Shown piece after piece: positions 1-7,975 of a DNA stretch of 41,858 nucleotides. Location: NCBI GenBank assembly GCA_043824525.1, contig JBDRST010000028.1:1-41858 (forward strand), written 5' to 3'. A program made the translations under genes and the position numbers. The DNA comes from a bacterium. Its GTDB lineage: Bacteria; Patescibacteriota; Minisyncoccia; Minisyncoccales; Staskawiczbacteraceae. The notes under the pieces are model-generated. The model did no database searches, was not told the DNA's origin, and saw only the letters and a program-made list of their open reading frames with translations. Every line of letters starts with the position of its first letter. Position 1 is the stretch's first letter.

Positions 1-225
1 ATTCCGGGCATAGGGCAAAAAAGAGCATCTGCCATTATTTTAGAACTGACCGGGAAAATAAAAACTTTTGGGCAAAAATTAGCTTCAGCTGATGAAGCGG
101 AAAACGCATTGGTGAAGCTTGGGTTCACAAAACAACAGGCAAGACAAGCGCTGGAAAACGTGTCATCTAATATAAAAAACACTGAAGAGCGCATAAAGAT
201 TGCGTTAAAAAGCTTAGGAAGGTAA
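1..225 (+). CDS. ruvA: Holliday junction helicase subunit RuvA, C-terminal fragment (5' end outside window)
   Basis: Frame 1 reads IPGIGQKRASAIILELTGK...AENALVKLGFTKQQARQALENV...SLGR*, which is an HhH motif plus RuvA domain III. Stop codon at 223-225. Confidence 0.7.
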   Translation: MPGIGQKRASAIILELTGKIKTFGQKLASADEAENALVKLGFTKQQARQALENVSSNIKNTEERIKIALKSLGR

Positions 226-239
226 AAAATTATATAGCT

Positions 240-270
240 ACTGAATTAATTCAGTAATTAATTCAGTAAT
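240..270. promoter_or_regulatory. Perfect 16-nt palindrome ACTGAATTAATTCAGT overlapping a direct repeat of AATTCAGTAAT; possible operator of the downstream AbrB-like gene
   Basis: Read directly from the sequence. It ends 6 nt before the ATG at 277. Confidence 0.3.
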
Positions 271-276
271 AAAAAA

Positions 277-456
277 ATGGCAAGAAGAAAATTAGAGGAT
301 AAAAACATAAGGAAACTCACCCGGATGGGTGGAGGAAAAAGCATGGGGTTAACCCTGCCAATCGAGATGGTTAAGGGTTTGAAATGGAGAGAGCGGCAGA
401 AAGTTGTTGTCCGGCAGTCTGGCAAAAAGATTATTATTGAGGATTGGAAAAAATAG
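277..456 (+). CDS. Small AbrB/MazE/SpoVT-fold DNA-binding protein (59 aa, below the ORF-track cutoff)
   Basis: MARRKLEDKNIRKLTRMGGGKSMGLTLPIEMVKGLKWRERQKVVVRQSGKKIIIEDWKK. The G-x-S-x-x-LTLP...KVxV...GKIIIE pattern is typical of swapped-hairpin antitoxin-like regulators. Confidence 0.5.
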   Translation: MARRKLEDKNIRKLTRMGGGKSMGLTLPIEMVKGLKWRERQKVVVRQSGKKIIIEDWKK

Positions 457-458
457 TT

Positions 459-893
459 ATGAAAAAGGGCGAAGATTTTACAGGTGTCTCTATTATATAC
501 TTCTGCCATGATGGAAATGGAAATTTTTTATTTAATAAAAGAAATAATAATTGCAGAGACGAGGCCGGAAATTGGGATTGTGGAGGAGGAGCGTTAGAGT
601 TTAACGATAATATTGAAGAAACTTTAAAAAGAGAAATTAGAGAGGAGTATGGCGCAGACGTTTTGAGTTATGAGTTTGTGGGCTATCGCGATGTCCATCG
701 TGAAAGGGTTGGAATAAAGAATCATTGGATTGCATTAGATTTTAAGGTGCAAGTTGACCCAAAAAAAGTAAAAAATAATGAGCCGCATAAATTTGACGAA
801 ATTGGATGGTTCAAACTAGATAACCTTCCTTCCCCTCTCCACTCTCAAATTCCAAATTGTTTTAAGCTTTACAAAGACCGCTTAGAGGGTTGA
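459..893 (+). CDS. NUDIX hydrolase
   Basis: Nudix box GGGALEFNDNIEETLKREIREEYG. The ATG at 459 is preferred over the track start at 444, which overlaps the upstream ORF. Confidence 0.8.
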   Translation: MKKGEDFTGVSIIYFCHDGNGNFLFNKRNNNCRDEAGNWDCGGGALEFNDNIEETLKREIREEYGADVLSYEFVGYRDVHRERVGIKNHWIALDFKVQVDPKKVKNNEPHKFDEIGWFKLDNLPSPLHSQIPNCFKLYKDRLEG

Positions 894-964
894 CAATCTT
901 TTTTGAAGGAGTATTCTAAAAGTAGAATGAATCAAATTTCCATAAATATTATTAACATCATTCT

Positions 965-1128
965 GAGGTCTGTTGCTTAATAATTTTCGTAGCGAAACGC
1001 AGTAATTTTGTGCGAAAAACCAGAAAATAGAGGAGGTTTATCAGCAACGCGATAAGCCGACGAGATTTTATGGTTTTGCAGCCGAAATTACAAGTTGCAG
1101 TAGAAAGAATTATTAAGCAACAGACCTC
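965..1128. repeat. ~160-nt hairpin element, copy 1 (family S); candidate structured RNA or MITE
   Basis: A perfect 21-bp terminal stem pairs GAGGTCTGTTGCTTAATAATT with AATTATTAAGCAACAGACCTC. The element aligns full-length with the reverse complement of 35338-35497. Confidence 0.7.
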
Positions 1129-1179
1129 CTTACCTCTCTTAGAGAAGGAGCGTTTTTATAAAATCTAAAGTAAAAAACG

Positions 1180-1207
1180 CCTCTTCTCCAGAAGAGGTTT
1201 TATTTTG
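1180..1207 (+). terminator. Rho-independent terminator
   Basis: CCTCTTC-TCCA-GAAGAGG stem followed by TTTTATTTT. Confidence 0.6.
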
Positions 1208-1239
1208 CTTTCATTCTTTTTATAAACAAAAAGCAAAAT

Positions 1240-1383
1240 AACCCCACACCAATTTTATCAAATTATTAGGCAAAGCTGAAAAATACCAATTTATAGTTTT
1301 TGAAAAAGCAGCGCAGAGGGTGAATAGCCCCGAGCGTAGCGAGTGCGCTGCCATGATGGTTTTATAAAATTGGTGTGTGGGTT
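1240..1383. repeat. Inverted-repeat-bounded element with an internal GC-rich hairpin
   Basis: AACCCCACACCAATTTTAT (1240-1258) pairs imperfectly with ATAAAATTGGTGTGTGGGTT (1364-1383). An inner hairpin is formed by GCAGCGCA...TGCGCTGC. Confidence 0.45.
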
Positions 1384-1456
1384 TGTTTTTTTGGAAGCAC
1401 GGAGCTTCCAAAAACCTCTTTTTGGCAGCTCTTTGAAATTAAGGAGCAAGGGTGAT

Positions 1457-1645
1457 ATGGACGTGGCAGGCGGAAATATTGTCAAAAAAAAGCCAAGAAA
1501 AATGTTGTGCTATTATTGCGTGGAAAAATGGGAGGAATCAGGAGCTGGTAAAGAAAATCAGCCGAGGCAATTTTTTCCAAATGATGTAAAAGACGGTATT
1601 TGCCCGGATTGTGGCAATAAATTCCGGAATTACGTCCGTTTTTAG
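1457..1645 (+). CDS. Small zinc-ribbon-like protein (CxxC...CxxC), hypothetical
   Basis: An AAGGAG SD lies 10 nt before the ATG at 1457. The protein is MDVAGGNIVKKKPRKMLCYYCVEKW...GICPDCGNKFRNYVRF. The longer track ORF from 1343 runs through the repeat element. Confidence 0.4.
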   Translation: MDVAGGNIVKKKPRKMLCYYCVEKWEESGAGKENQPRQFFPNDVKDGICPDCGNKFRNYVRF

Positions 1646-1662
1646 GGCCACGTCGGCCAATT

Positions 1663-1689
1663 GGTTAGCAAGCAGCTAACCTTTTTTTT
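1663..1689 (+). terminator. Rho-independent terminator
   Basis: GGTTAGC-AAGCA-GCTAACC stem followed by T8. Confidence 0.7.
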
Positions 1690-1721
1690 ATGCAAGTTTT
1701 GTGCTAATAGTATATATAGGT

Positions 1722-1776
1722 ACTTCGCAATTTAAGCCCCAATGTATAAATTATAAATGGCTTAGAATTGTGAAGT
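1722..1776. repeat. Imperfect 17-bp hairpin upstream of the Mur ligase gene
   Basis: ACTTCGCAATTTAAGCC pairs with GGCTTAGAATTGTGAAGT. Confidence 0.35.
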
Positions 1777-1805
1777 GAATTTATTCGCCTCGCTCATAAA
1801 TTCAA

Positions 1806-3005
1806 ATGACATTAAAAGAAAATATCAAAAAATTTATTCCTCCATTTGTGTTGAGCGTCTATCATTATAAGCTGGCTTTGCTTGGGGCCTTTTTGTATGG
1901 ATTTCCCGGGAAAAATAAAGGGTTAAAAATTATTGGAGTAACAGGAACCAGCGGAAAATCAACTACAGTTAATTTTATAACAAGGATATTAGAAGAAGCT
2001 GACAACAAAGTCGCATTCATATCTTCGATAATATTTAAGGTGGGAGATAAAGAATGGGAAAATAAATACAAAATGACAATGCCAGGCCGCTTTGTTATCC
2101 AAGGATTTTTAAGGCGAGCAAGAAATGCAGGATGCAAATATGTTGTTTTAGAGGTTACTTCTGAGGGCATAAAACAGTTTCGGCATAAGTTTATAAATTT
2201 TGACACAGTTGTTTTTACAAATTTAGGACAAGAGCATATTGAATCTCACGGAGGGTTTGGAAATTACAGGAATGCGAAACTTAAACTTTTTAAAGAAAAT
2301 CAAAATACGCATGTTATAAACGCGGATGATGAAAACGCAAAATATTTTTTAGATGTGCCAGCAAATAAAAAAATTAGTTTTAGTATAAAAAATGAAAAAG
2401 CAAAAAAAATTAAACTTAATTTGATTGGGGCGTTTAATATAATGAATGCCTTAGCCGCAGTGTGTGCTACAGAAAATTATGGAGTTGATTTTGAAACTTG
2501 TAAAAGAGCGCTTTTAAAAGTAAAAGCAATTCCTGGCAGGATGGAAGTCGTGCAGACGGAGCCGTTTATAGTTGTGGTTGATTATGCCCATACCCCAGAA
2601 CAACTTGAAAGCGTTTACCGTTCGTTAACTACAAACCACTCACTACAAACTACAAACTTAGTATGCGTGCTGGGAAGTTGCGGAGGAGGTAGGGATAAAT
2701 GGAAAAGGCCTGTTTTGGGTGAAATCGCTAAAAAATATTGCAAGGAAATTATAATAACAAACGAAGATCCGTACGACGAAGATCCAATAAAAATAATAGA
2801 AGAGGTCGCAGAAGGAGCCGGCAAAAAGGCAAAAAAGATTTTAGATAGAAAGGAAGCAATAAAAAACGCCATTGAATTAGCAGAGCCCGGAGGCGTTGTT
2901 ATAATCACAGGCAAAGGATCAGAGCCATGGATGTGTGTAAAAAACGGAAAAAAAATACCTTGGGATGATAGGCAAACAGCAAAAGAGGCGCTTAAGGGAC
3001 CGTAA
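1806..3005 (+). CDS. murE: Mur ligase family, MurE-like UDP-MurNAc-tripeptide synthetase (short form)
   Basis: P-loop GVTGTSGKSTT, DYAHTPEQL, GGGRDKWKRP and NEDPYDEDP blocks characteristic of MurE-type ligases. Confidence 0.75.
   Translation: MTLKENIKKFIPPFVLSVYHYKLALLGAFLYGFPGKNKGLKIIGVTGTSGKSTTVNFITRILEEADNKVAFISSIIFKVGDKEWENKYKMTMPGRFVIQGFLRRARNAGCKYVVLEVTSEGIKQFRHKFINFDTVVFTNLGQEHIESHGGFGNYRNAKLKLFKENQNTHVINADDENAKYFLDVPANKKISFSIKNEKAKKIKLNLIGAFNIMNALAAVCATENYGVDFETCKRALLKVKAIPGRMEVVQTEPFIVVVDYAHTPEQLESVYRSLTTNHSLQTTNLVCVLGSCGGGRDKWKRPVLGEIAKKYCKEIIITNEDPYDEDPIKIIEEVAEGAGKKAKKILDRKEAIKNAIELAEPGGVVIITGKGSEPWMCVKNGKKIPWDDRQTAKEALKGP
2627..2660. repeat. AT-rich short tandem repeat (ACTACAAAC-like x3) lying in frame in the Mur ligase
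   Basis: AACTACAAACCACTCACTACAAACTACAAACTTA encodes TTNHSLQTTN. It sits just before the conserved GxCGGGRD block. Confidence 0.4.
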
Positions 3006-3080
3006 TTTGCTCTTTTAGCTGTTTTATGGTAAGATATAAACGACTTAAAAATAGGGTCTTTTTTTATATAATATGAGCAT

Positions 3081-3263
3081 ATGAACAAAAAAATGTCCCG
3101 ACAAAATCGCGGATCCTCGATAGCGAAGCTATCGGGACCAAAATCATTGAGAAAATTTATCCGCACGGAAAAAGCGCGTATAAGAAGGCAGGTTTTAGAT
3201 ACAAAAAAGCAGGAAGAGGAGATAAAAAAAATATATGAGAGATTTGGCGATAAAAGAATATAG
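3081..3263 (+). CDS. Small basic hypothetical protein (60 aa); coding status uncertain
   Basis: Track ORF with no clear SD. The N-terminal 20 aa are largely encoded by a family-A palindromic element. Confidence 0.3.
   Translation: MNKKMSRQNRGSSIAKLSGPKSLRKFIRTEKARIRRQVLDTKKQEEEIKKIYERFGDKRI
3095..3138. repeat. Family-A palindromic element, reverse orientation
   Basis: GTCCCGACAAAATCGCGGATCCTCGATAGCGAAGCTATCGGGAC. Its reverse complement aligns with the copies at 11213 and 40675. Confidence 0.7.
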
Positions 3264-3351
3264 AATATAGAATCTGGTATTTTGAATAGAATAAAGAATT
3301 AAGAATAAAGGAAGCGCAAAACCAGATATTCTATTTAATTCCGCAGAATTA

Positions 3352-3387
3352 TGCCGATTTCATCGAGCATTCTCGGTAAAGTCGGAA
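3352..3387. repeat. Family-A half copy, intergenic
   Basis: TGCCGATTTCATCGAGCATTCTCGGTAAAGTCGGAA matches the second half of the ileS and NIF3 copies. Confidence 0.55.
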
Positions 3388-3458
3388 CAGCTATGCAATA
3401 AGCGGTTCCTATTCAAAATTCCATTCTAAATTCTTAATTCAAAATTCTAAATTCTAAT

Positions 3459-4478
3459 ATGAGGATACAAGATATACATAATTTAGCTGTAAAAATGGGC
3501 ATTGATGCTGATTTTAGGGGACGAGAAGGCGTGCAAAAGTTTTTGGATAATAAAAGAAAAAAGTTTGAAAAGATGTCTTCAGAAGAAAAGGAGGAGTTTG
3601 ATAAAGACGCGCTGGATAATCCTTATTTGGATTCTGGGGTTTATAACGTTTCAGAAGACAAGGAAATCAAAAAAGTTTTAGTTGGTATTGATATTACCCC
3701 GTCGGAAATTTTAATGGCAAAACAAATAGGAGATATTGATTTGGTTATAGCCCACCACCCAATAGGAAAAGGTTTAGCTCAGTTAGCTGATGTAATGGAA
3801 TTGCAAGTGGATGTTTGTAATTATTATGGAGTTCCTGTTAATGTTGCAGAAGGTTTGATGAAAGAAAGGATTTCAGAGGTTGCAAGGGGCGTAAACTCTT
3901 CAAACCACCAAAGAACCGTGCATGCTGCAAAATTGATGGGGGTTAACTTAATGAACTCTCATACGCCCTGCGATAATTTAGCAGCTAAATTTTTAAAAAC
4001 TTTTGTTGAAGAAAGGAAGCCGGAAAGAGTTAGCGAGTTAATAAGCATTTTGAAAGAAATTCCCGAGTATAAAGAGGCAATGAAAATTGGGGTGGGACCT
4101 AAGGTTTTTGCGGGGAGCGCTGAAAATAGATGCGGAAAAATTGCTTTGTCTGAAATTACAGGGGGAACAGAGGGTTCGCCAAAGCTTTATGAAAAAATGG
4201 CGCAGGCCGGCGTTGGCACGGTTGTTGGCATGCATATTACAGAAGAGCACAAAAAAGAAGCTGAATTAGCTCATGTTAACATTGTAATTGCGGGACATAT
4301 TTCCTCTGACTCTTTAGGGGTAAATTTATTTTTAGACGAACTTTGCCGACAAAGTCGAGCATCCTCGACCCCGATTTTATCGAGGGTTCACGACAAGGTC
4401 GGAATAGAATCGGGAAAAAATCAGGGAATTGAAATTGTGGCATGCTCTGGGTTTACAAGGTTTTCGAGGGTTAGTTAA
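3459..4478 (+). CDS. NIF3 (NGG1p-interacting factor 3) family dinuclear-metal protein
   Basis: The DLVIAHHP motif and the C-terminal IAGH...GIEIV layout are typical of NIF3/YqfO proteins. It carries the family-A insertion near the C-terminus. Confidence 0.75.
   Translation: MRIQDIHNLAVKMGIDADFRGREGVQKFLDNKRKKFEKMSSEEKEEFDKDALDNPYLDSGVYNVSEDKEIKKVLVGIDITPSEILMAKQIGDIDLVIAHHPIGKGLAQLADVMELQVDVCNYYGVPVNVAEGLMKERISEVARGVNSSNHQRTVHAAKLMGVNLMNSHTPCDNLAAKFLKTFVEERKPERVSELISILKEIPEYKEAMKIGVGPKVFAGSAENRCGKIALSEITGGTEGSPKLYEKMAQAGVGTVVGMHITEEHKKEAELAHVNIVIAGHISSDSLGVNLFLDELCRQSRASSTPILSRVHDKVGIESGKNQGIEIVACSGFTRFSRVS
4346..4415. repeat. Family-A long-form element in frame in NIF3
   Basis: CCGACAAAGTCGAGCATCCTCGACCCCGATTTTATCGAGGGTTCACGACAAGGTCGGAATAGAATCGGGA encodes RQSRASSTPILSRVHDKVGIESG. 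Confidence 0.65.
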
Positions 4479-4594
4479 AAAGATATAAAAAACTGGCTCT
4501 GCTAGTTAAGGATCGCCAGTTTCTGTTAGAGGCATAAGGTTTTGAGGATAAACTGGGGATAATAAGTATCTTCACAGTGGATAAAAGGCTTGAG

Positions 4595-4688
4595 TCTTCA
4601 CCCTAACGGCAATCTTTTAAGCTTTAACAGAAAAAATTCAAGGGGATTGTTCTTTCGCAAAAAAGGCACAATGAGGAGGGTGAAGACT
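4595..4688. repeat. Family-K inverted-repeat element (AGTCTTCACCCT...AGGGTGAAGACT)
   Basis: 12-bp terminal inverted repeat. It has the same termini and about the same length (~95 nt) as the element at 13984-14081. Confidence 0.6.
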
Positions 4689-5037
4689 TGACATTCATTG
4701 ATTTGAGAATAAAATAGCAAATATGAGGGGGTGCGAGGCTAGATCTGCCGTTCAACAATTATTGATCGGCAGGTCTTGAATTCTCAAGGACAGAATAGTT
4801 TTTAGCGAAGGAAGCTAAAGTATGTACTTAAATTCATTGTCCGAATTTAGGCCCGGGAAAAATGCCGAAGTCGTTGGAAATTATATACCCCCTCAACCAA
4901 GAACCATCAGCAAAAGCTGGTGTTTTTTGATTCAGCTTTATTATCGTTGAAATTGGTGTGCGGGTTGATTGATATGAAATCGGTTTTTTGATAGAGTTAA
5001 GGTAGAAAGGTCTTGTTAATTTTCGCTTCGCAAAAAT

Positions 5038-5160
5038 TACGAATTTCCACGAATTGACGGACGGATTTCCACTAATCACGAATTAGCACGAATAACACAA
5101 ATTCGTGATTCGTAATAATTCGTTATAAAGATTAATTCGTGATTCGTGAATATTCGTTAT
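5038..5160. repeat. Cluster of ACGAAT/ATTCGT short repeats forming a large imperfect palindrome
   Basis: CACGAATTAGCACGAATAACAC faces AAATTCGTGATTCGTAATAATTCGT. It also contains an ACGGATTTCCAC motif related to 9935-9990. Confidence 0.6.
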
Positions 5161-5175
5161 TGCGAAGCAATAAAT

Positions 5176-5433
5176 ATGGCAAAAGAAGAAAAGCCAATTG
5201 GGCAAGTTACTCATTATTTTTCCAACATTGGCGTTGCGGTTATTGATTTATCCTCACCCCTAAAACAAGGAGATGTAATTAGGATAACCGGAGGCCAGGA
5301 AACAGATTTTGAGCAAAAAGTTGATTCATTACAGGTTGACCACAAGGAGGTAAAATCGGCTAAAAAAGGAGATTCTGTGGGGATGAAGGTAAAAGAGAAA
5401 GTAAGAGAAGGATATAAAGTTTTTAAGACGTAG
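5176..5433 (+). CDS. Small beta-barrel protein resembling EF-Tu/IF2 domain II
   Basis: MAKEEKPIGQVTHYFSNIGVAVIDL...GDVIRI.G...VDSLQVDHKEV..A.KGDSVGMKV. The start at 5176 avoids the repeat cluster. Confidence 0.45.
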   Translation: MAKEEKPIGQVTHYFSNIGVAVIDLSSPLKQGDVIRITGGQETDFEQKVDSLQVDHKEVKSAKKGDSVGMKVKEKVREGYKVFKT

Positions 5434-5498
5434 ACTTTAGAAACTAAATTTTCAATTTTCAATTATCAATTTTCAAATTGTGAAAATTTTAATTTTAG

Positions 5499-6044
5499 AT
5501 GGCAGATAACGTTCAGGAAAAAGTTGAGAATAGAATTATAGATTACGTTAACTTAAGCGCCGGAGGACGTTTAACAGTTTTTAGGCCTGATAAAAAATTA
5601 AAAGGCGCAAGCCTAGTTGTAAAGAAAAAAGGCGAGTATGATTTTAAACAAGCCGAGGGTTTAACGCAAAATCCAGTAATAAAAGCGCAAGTTTTTGGCT
5701 CCAGGCAAAGCAGAAAAACAAAGGAGATATGGCTTTATGTAAACGGCCAAGTTAAAACGGGCGATAAAAGTCTTTTTAAAAAAGAAATTGATGTTAACGA
5801 TTTTAGCAAAAATAAAAATCTTTATTTAGTATTCGCCTTTTTTAACGCCATAAAACAGGACATAGACGACAATCTTTGCATTTTGTCGCTAAAAGAGTTT
5901 AAAAAAAACGCCGAATCGATAAAAAACGATATTTTTTATTTTGAATCCTTTTTATCTCCGGAGAAAAAGGATAAGTATTCAGAATTTTTAGTCAACAGAA
6001 AAGATTTATCAAGATTTTTACTCAGCATAATGTCATTTGTATGA
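5499..6044 (+). CDS. Hypothetical protein
   Basis: 181-aa ORF. Its stop overlaps the next start (ATGA), which suggests an operon with the EndoQ-like gene. No motif recognised. Confidence 0.5.
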   Translation: MADNVQEKVENRIIDYVNLSAGGRLTVFRPDKKLKGASLVVKKKGEYDFKQAEGLTQNPVIKAQVFGSRQSRKTKEIWLYVNGQVKTGDKSLFKKEIDVNDFSKNKNLYLVFAFFNAIKQDIDDNLCILSLKEFKKNAESIKNDIFYFESFLSPEKKDKYSEFLVNRKDLSRFLLSIMSFV

Positions 6045-7300
6045 AATTTGTAGCGGATTTCCATATACATTCAAAATATTCAAGAGCCACCTCGCCCGCA
6101 ATGGATTTAGAAAACTTGGATAAATGGGCAAGAATAAAGGGGATAAAAGTTCTCGGGACAGGGGACTTTACCCATCCTGGGTGGCTTGAGAGTATAAAAG
6201 AAAAATTAGAGCCGGCTGAACCCGGCCTTTTAAAACTTAAAAAAGAAGAATCTCCAACTAGGTTTATCTTAACCTCAGAAATCAGCTGTATTTATTCAAA
6301 GGGCGGGAAAGTAAGAAAAGTTCATATAATTATTTTTGCGCCGTCTGTAAGCGCTGTAGAAAAAATAAATGAGCAGCTAAACAAAATAGGAAACTTAAAG
6401 GCAGACGGCAGGCCAATTTTAGGATTAGATGCAAAAGAATTATTAAAAATTATTTTAGACGCGGATAAAGATTGTTTAGTTGTGCCGGCGCATTTGATGA
6501 CTCCGTGGTTCGCGGTTTTCGGTTCAAAATCTGGCTTCGATTCCTTAAAGGAATGTTTTGAGGATTACACTAAGTACATTTATGCCGGCGAGACGGGTTT
6601 ATCTGCGGATCCCAATATGCTTTGGCGCATACCGGATGGCAGGCGAATTGCTTTGCTAAGCAATTCTGATTCGCATTCTTTGCCTAAAATAGGCAGGGAG
6701 GCAAATGTTTTTGACACGGATGTAAGTTATCTTGCGATTGCAGACGCTATTAAAACAAAAGATAAAAATAAATTTTTATATACGGTTGAATTTTTTCCAG
6801 AAGAAGGAAGATACCATTATGATGGCCACAGGGATTGCGGCGTAAGATTAAGCCCAAAAGAATCAAAAAAACACAATAATATATGCCCCTCATGCGCCAA
6901 GCCATTAACTATTGGAGTTTTAAATCGCATTGAAGAGTTAGCCGATAGGCCCGAGGGTTTTGTGCCAGAAAACGCCATTCCCTTTAAAAGCTTAATTCCC
7001 TTAAGCGAAGTGATTGCCGAATCAATCGGCGTTTCAACAGCTGGAAAAGAAGTTGCGAAACATTATAATAATTTGATAAAAAATTTAGGTAGCGAATTTA
7101 AAATTTTATTGGAGGCATCAAAACAAGAAATAAAAGAACAATCTTTGCCAGAGATAGCAGAGGGAATTTTAAGGATGCGGGAGGGAAAAGTTTTTATTGA
7201 GCCGGGATATGACGGAGTTTATGGAAAAGTAAAAATTTTCTCTGAAACAGACAGACCAAAAATTACTAAGAATAAAACCAGCCAAAAAACGTTATTATAG
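6041..7300 (+). CDS. PHP-domain endonuclease Q-like protein (TIGR00375 type)
   Basis: N-terminal ADFHIHSKYSRATS PHP motif and a C-terminal CPSC zinc finger followed by LTIGVLNRIEELAD. Confidence 0.65.
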   Translation: MKFVADFHIHSKYSRATSPAMDLENLDKWARIKGIKVLGTGDFTHPGWLESIKEKLEPAEPGLLKLKKEESPTRFILTSEISCIYSKGGKVRKVHIIIFAPSVSAVEKINEQLNKIGNLKADGRPILGLDAKELLKIILDADKDCLVVPAHLMTPWFAVFGSKSGFDSLKECFEDYTKYIYAGETGLSADPNMLWRIPDGRRIALLSNSDSHSLPKIGREANVFDTDVSYLAIADAIKTKDKNKFLYTVEFFPEEGRYHYDGHRDCGVRLSPKESKKHNNICPSCAKPLTIGVLNRIEELADRPEGFVPENAIPFKSLIPLSEVIAESIGVSTAGKEVAKHYNNLIKNLGSEFKILLEASKQEIKEQSLPEIAEGILRMREGKVFIEPGYDGVYGKVKIFSETDRPKITKNKTSQKTLL

Positions 7301-7312
7301 CTTTTAGCCCTA

Positions 7313-7346
7313 AAGCAAACACTATGGCTATTGCGTTTGCTTTTTG
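7313..7346 (+). terminator. Rho-independent terminator
   Basis: AAGCAAAC pairs with GTTTGCTT and is followed by a T run. Confidence 0.55.
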
Positions 7347-7399
7347 GTTATTGTAAAATTATTTAAATTGCGCTTTTTTACGCAACAATCGCGAACGTC

Positions 7400-7707
7400 C
7401 TTGTCCTTTAACAAAGGAGAGACGCTATGGATGGAATTTTTCAACCCGCGAGAAGAATACTCACAGAAAACCAGCTGTTTAAGATGGTTAACAGAATTTG
7501 TTTGAGCTATGTTGAGATGCAAGCCCTTAGGTAGCATTGCGGGCTTCCCTGTGACGAAACAGCCGTTTGTCAGGATTTGATTTCTGACAGAACAGCTGTT
7601 GTTATGGCATTCCAAAAAATAAGGGGTAATCCCTGCCATCATTGATGCCACTCTTCGCAATGTTGCCGTGCGGTCAGTTTGCCACCGGTTAACGGTGGCC
7701 TTTTTTT
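7400..7707 (+). ncRNA. GC-richer cassette: 35-codon ORF (7427-7534) plus a ~125-nt multi-stem region closed by CATTGCG/CGCAATG, ending in a strong terminator; candidate small RNA or peptide locus
   Basis: Nested hairpins AACAGC..TGTCAG-loop-CTGACA..GCTGTT and ATGGCA..TGCCAT. The closing stem pairs 7535-7541 with 7655-7661. The terminator T run is on the + strand only. Confidence 0.3.
7681..7707 (+). terminator. Rho-independent terminator
   Basis: GCCACCG-GTTAA-CGGTGGC stem, then C and T7. Confidence 0.75.
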
Positions 7708-7727
7708 AAAACAATACTTACATACTA

Positions 7728-7756
7728 TTGAAATTATCTATTGGAAAGAGTATAAT
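7728..7756 (+). promoter_or_regulatory. Sigma70-like promoter (TTGAAA-17-TATAAT) about 220 nt upstream of greA
   Basis: Hexamers at 7728-7733 and 7751-7756, with a 17-nt spacer. Confidence 0.5.
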
Positions 7757-7811
7757 GTAAAAATCCTGATAATTTTAAAAAATAATACAGCTTGAAAATT
7801 CGGTTGATAAA

Positions 7812-7855
7812 GTCAAATTTTCACTACCCGGGATGATAGGTAGTGAAAATTTGAC
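7812..7855. repeat. Family-B hairpin (17-bp perfect stem GTCAAATTTTCACTACC / GGTAGTGAAAATTTGAC)
   Basis: Read directly from the sequence. Related half-sites occur at 7955-7971 and 10246-10328. Confidence 0.7.
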
Positions 7856-7857
7856 AG

Positions 7858-7875
7858 CCTCGCCCGCAGGCGAGG
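7858..7875. repeat. GC hairpin CCTCGCC-CGCA-GGCGAGG (family-E-like)
   Basis: Read directly from the sequence. Confidence 0.5.
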
Positions 7876-7954
7876 AAAAGTAAAATTTCGCTCTGGCAAT
7901 ATAAAAAATGTATTTCAAAATAGAAATGTTATCTTTGTAGATTTTGGCTGAAAA

Positions 7955-7971
7955 GTCAAATTTCTACTACC
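7955..7971. repeat. Family-B half-site GTCAAATTTCTACTACC, 4 nt before the greA ATG
   Basis: 15/17 identity to the 7812 arm allowing a 1-nt gap. Confidence 0.55.
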
Positions 7972-7975
7972 TGGT

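Noticed and set aside
4700-5030. The long intergenic region with nested stems (GAGGGGGT...ACCCCCTC, the AGATCTGCCG...CGGCAGGTCT hairpin, TTTAGC-GAAGGAA-GCTAAA) might be SRP RNA, RNase P RNA or 6S RNA.
   Set aside because: None of the diagnostic motifs I know could be found (RNase P GAGGAAAGTCC/ACAGAAA, or the SRP GGAA-tetraloop domain IV with AGCAGCC). It is left unannotated; an Infernal scan would settle it.
7328-7660. The 110-aa minus-strand track ORF.
   Set aside because: It is Cys-rich with an odd composition and has no SD or promoter. The only terminator T run is on the + strand. The region is better explained as a + strand cassette.
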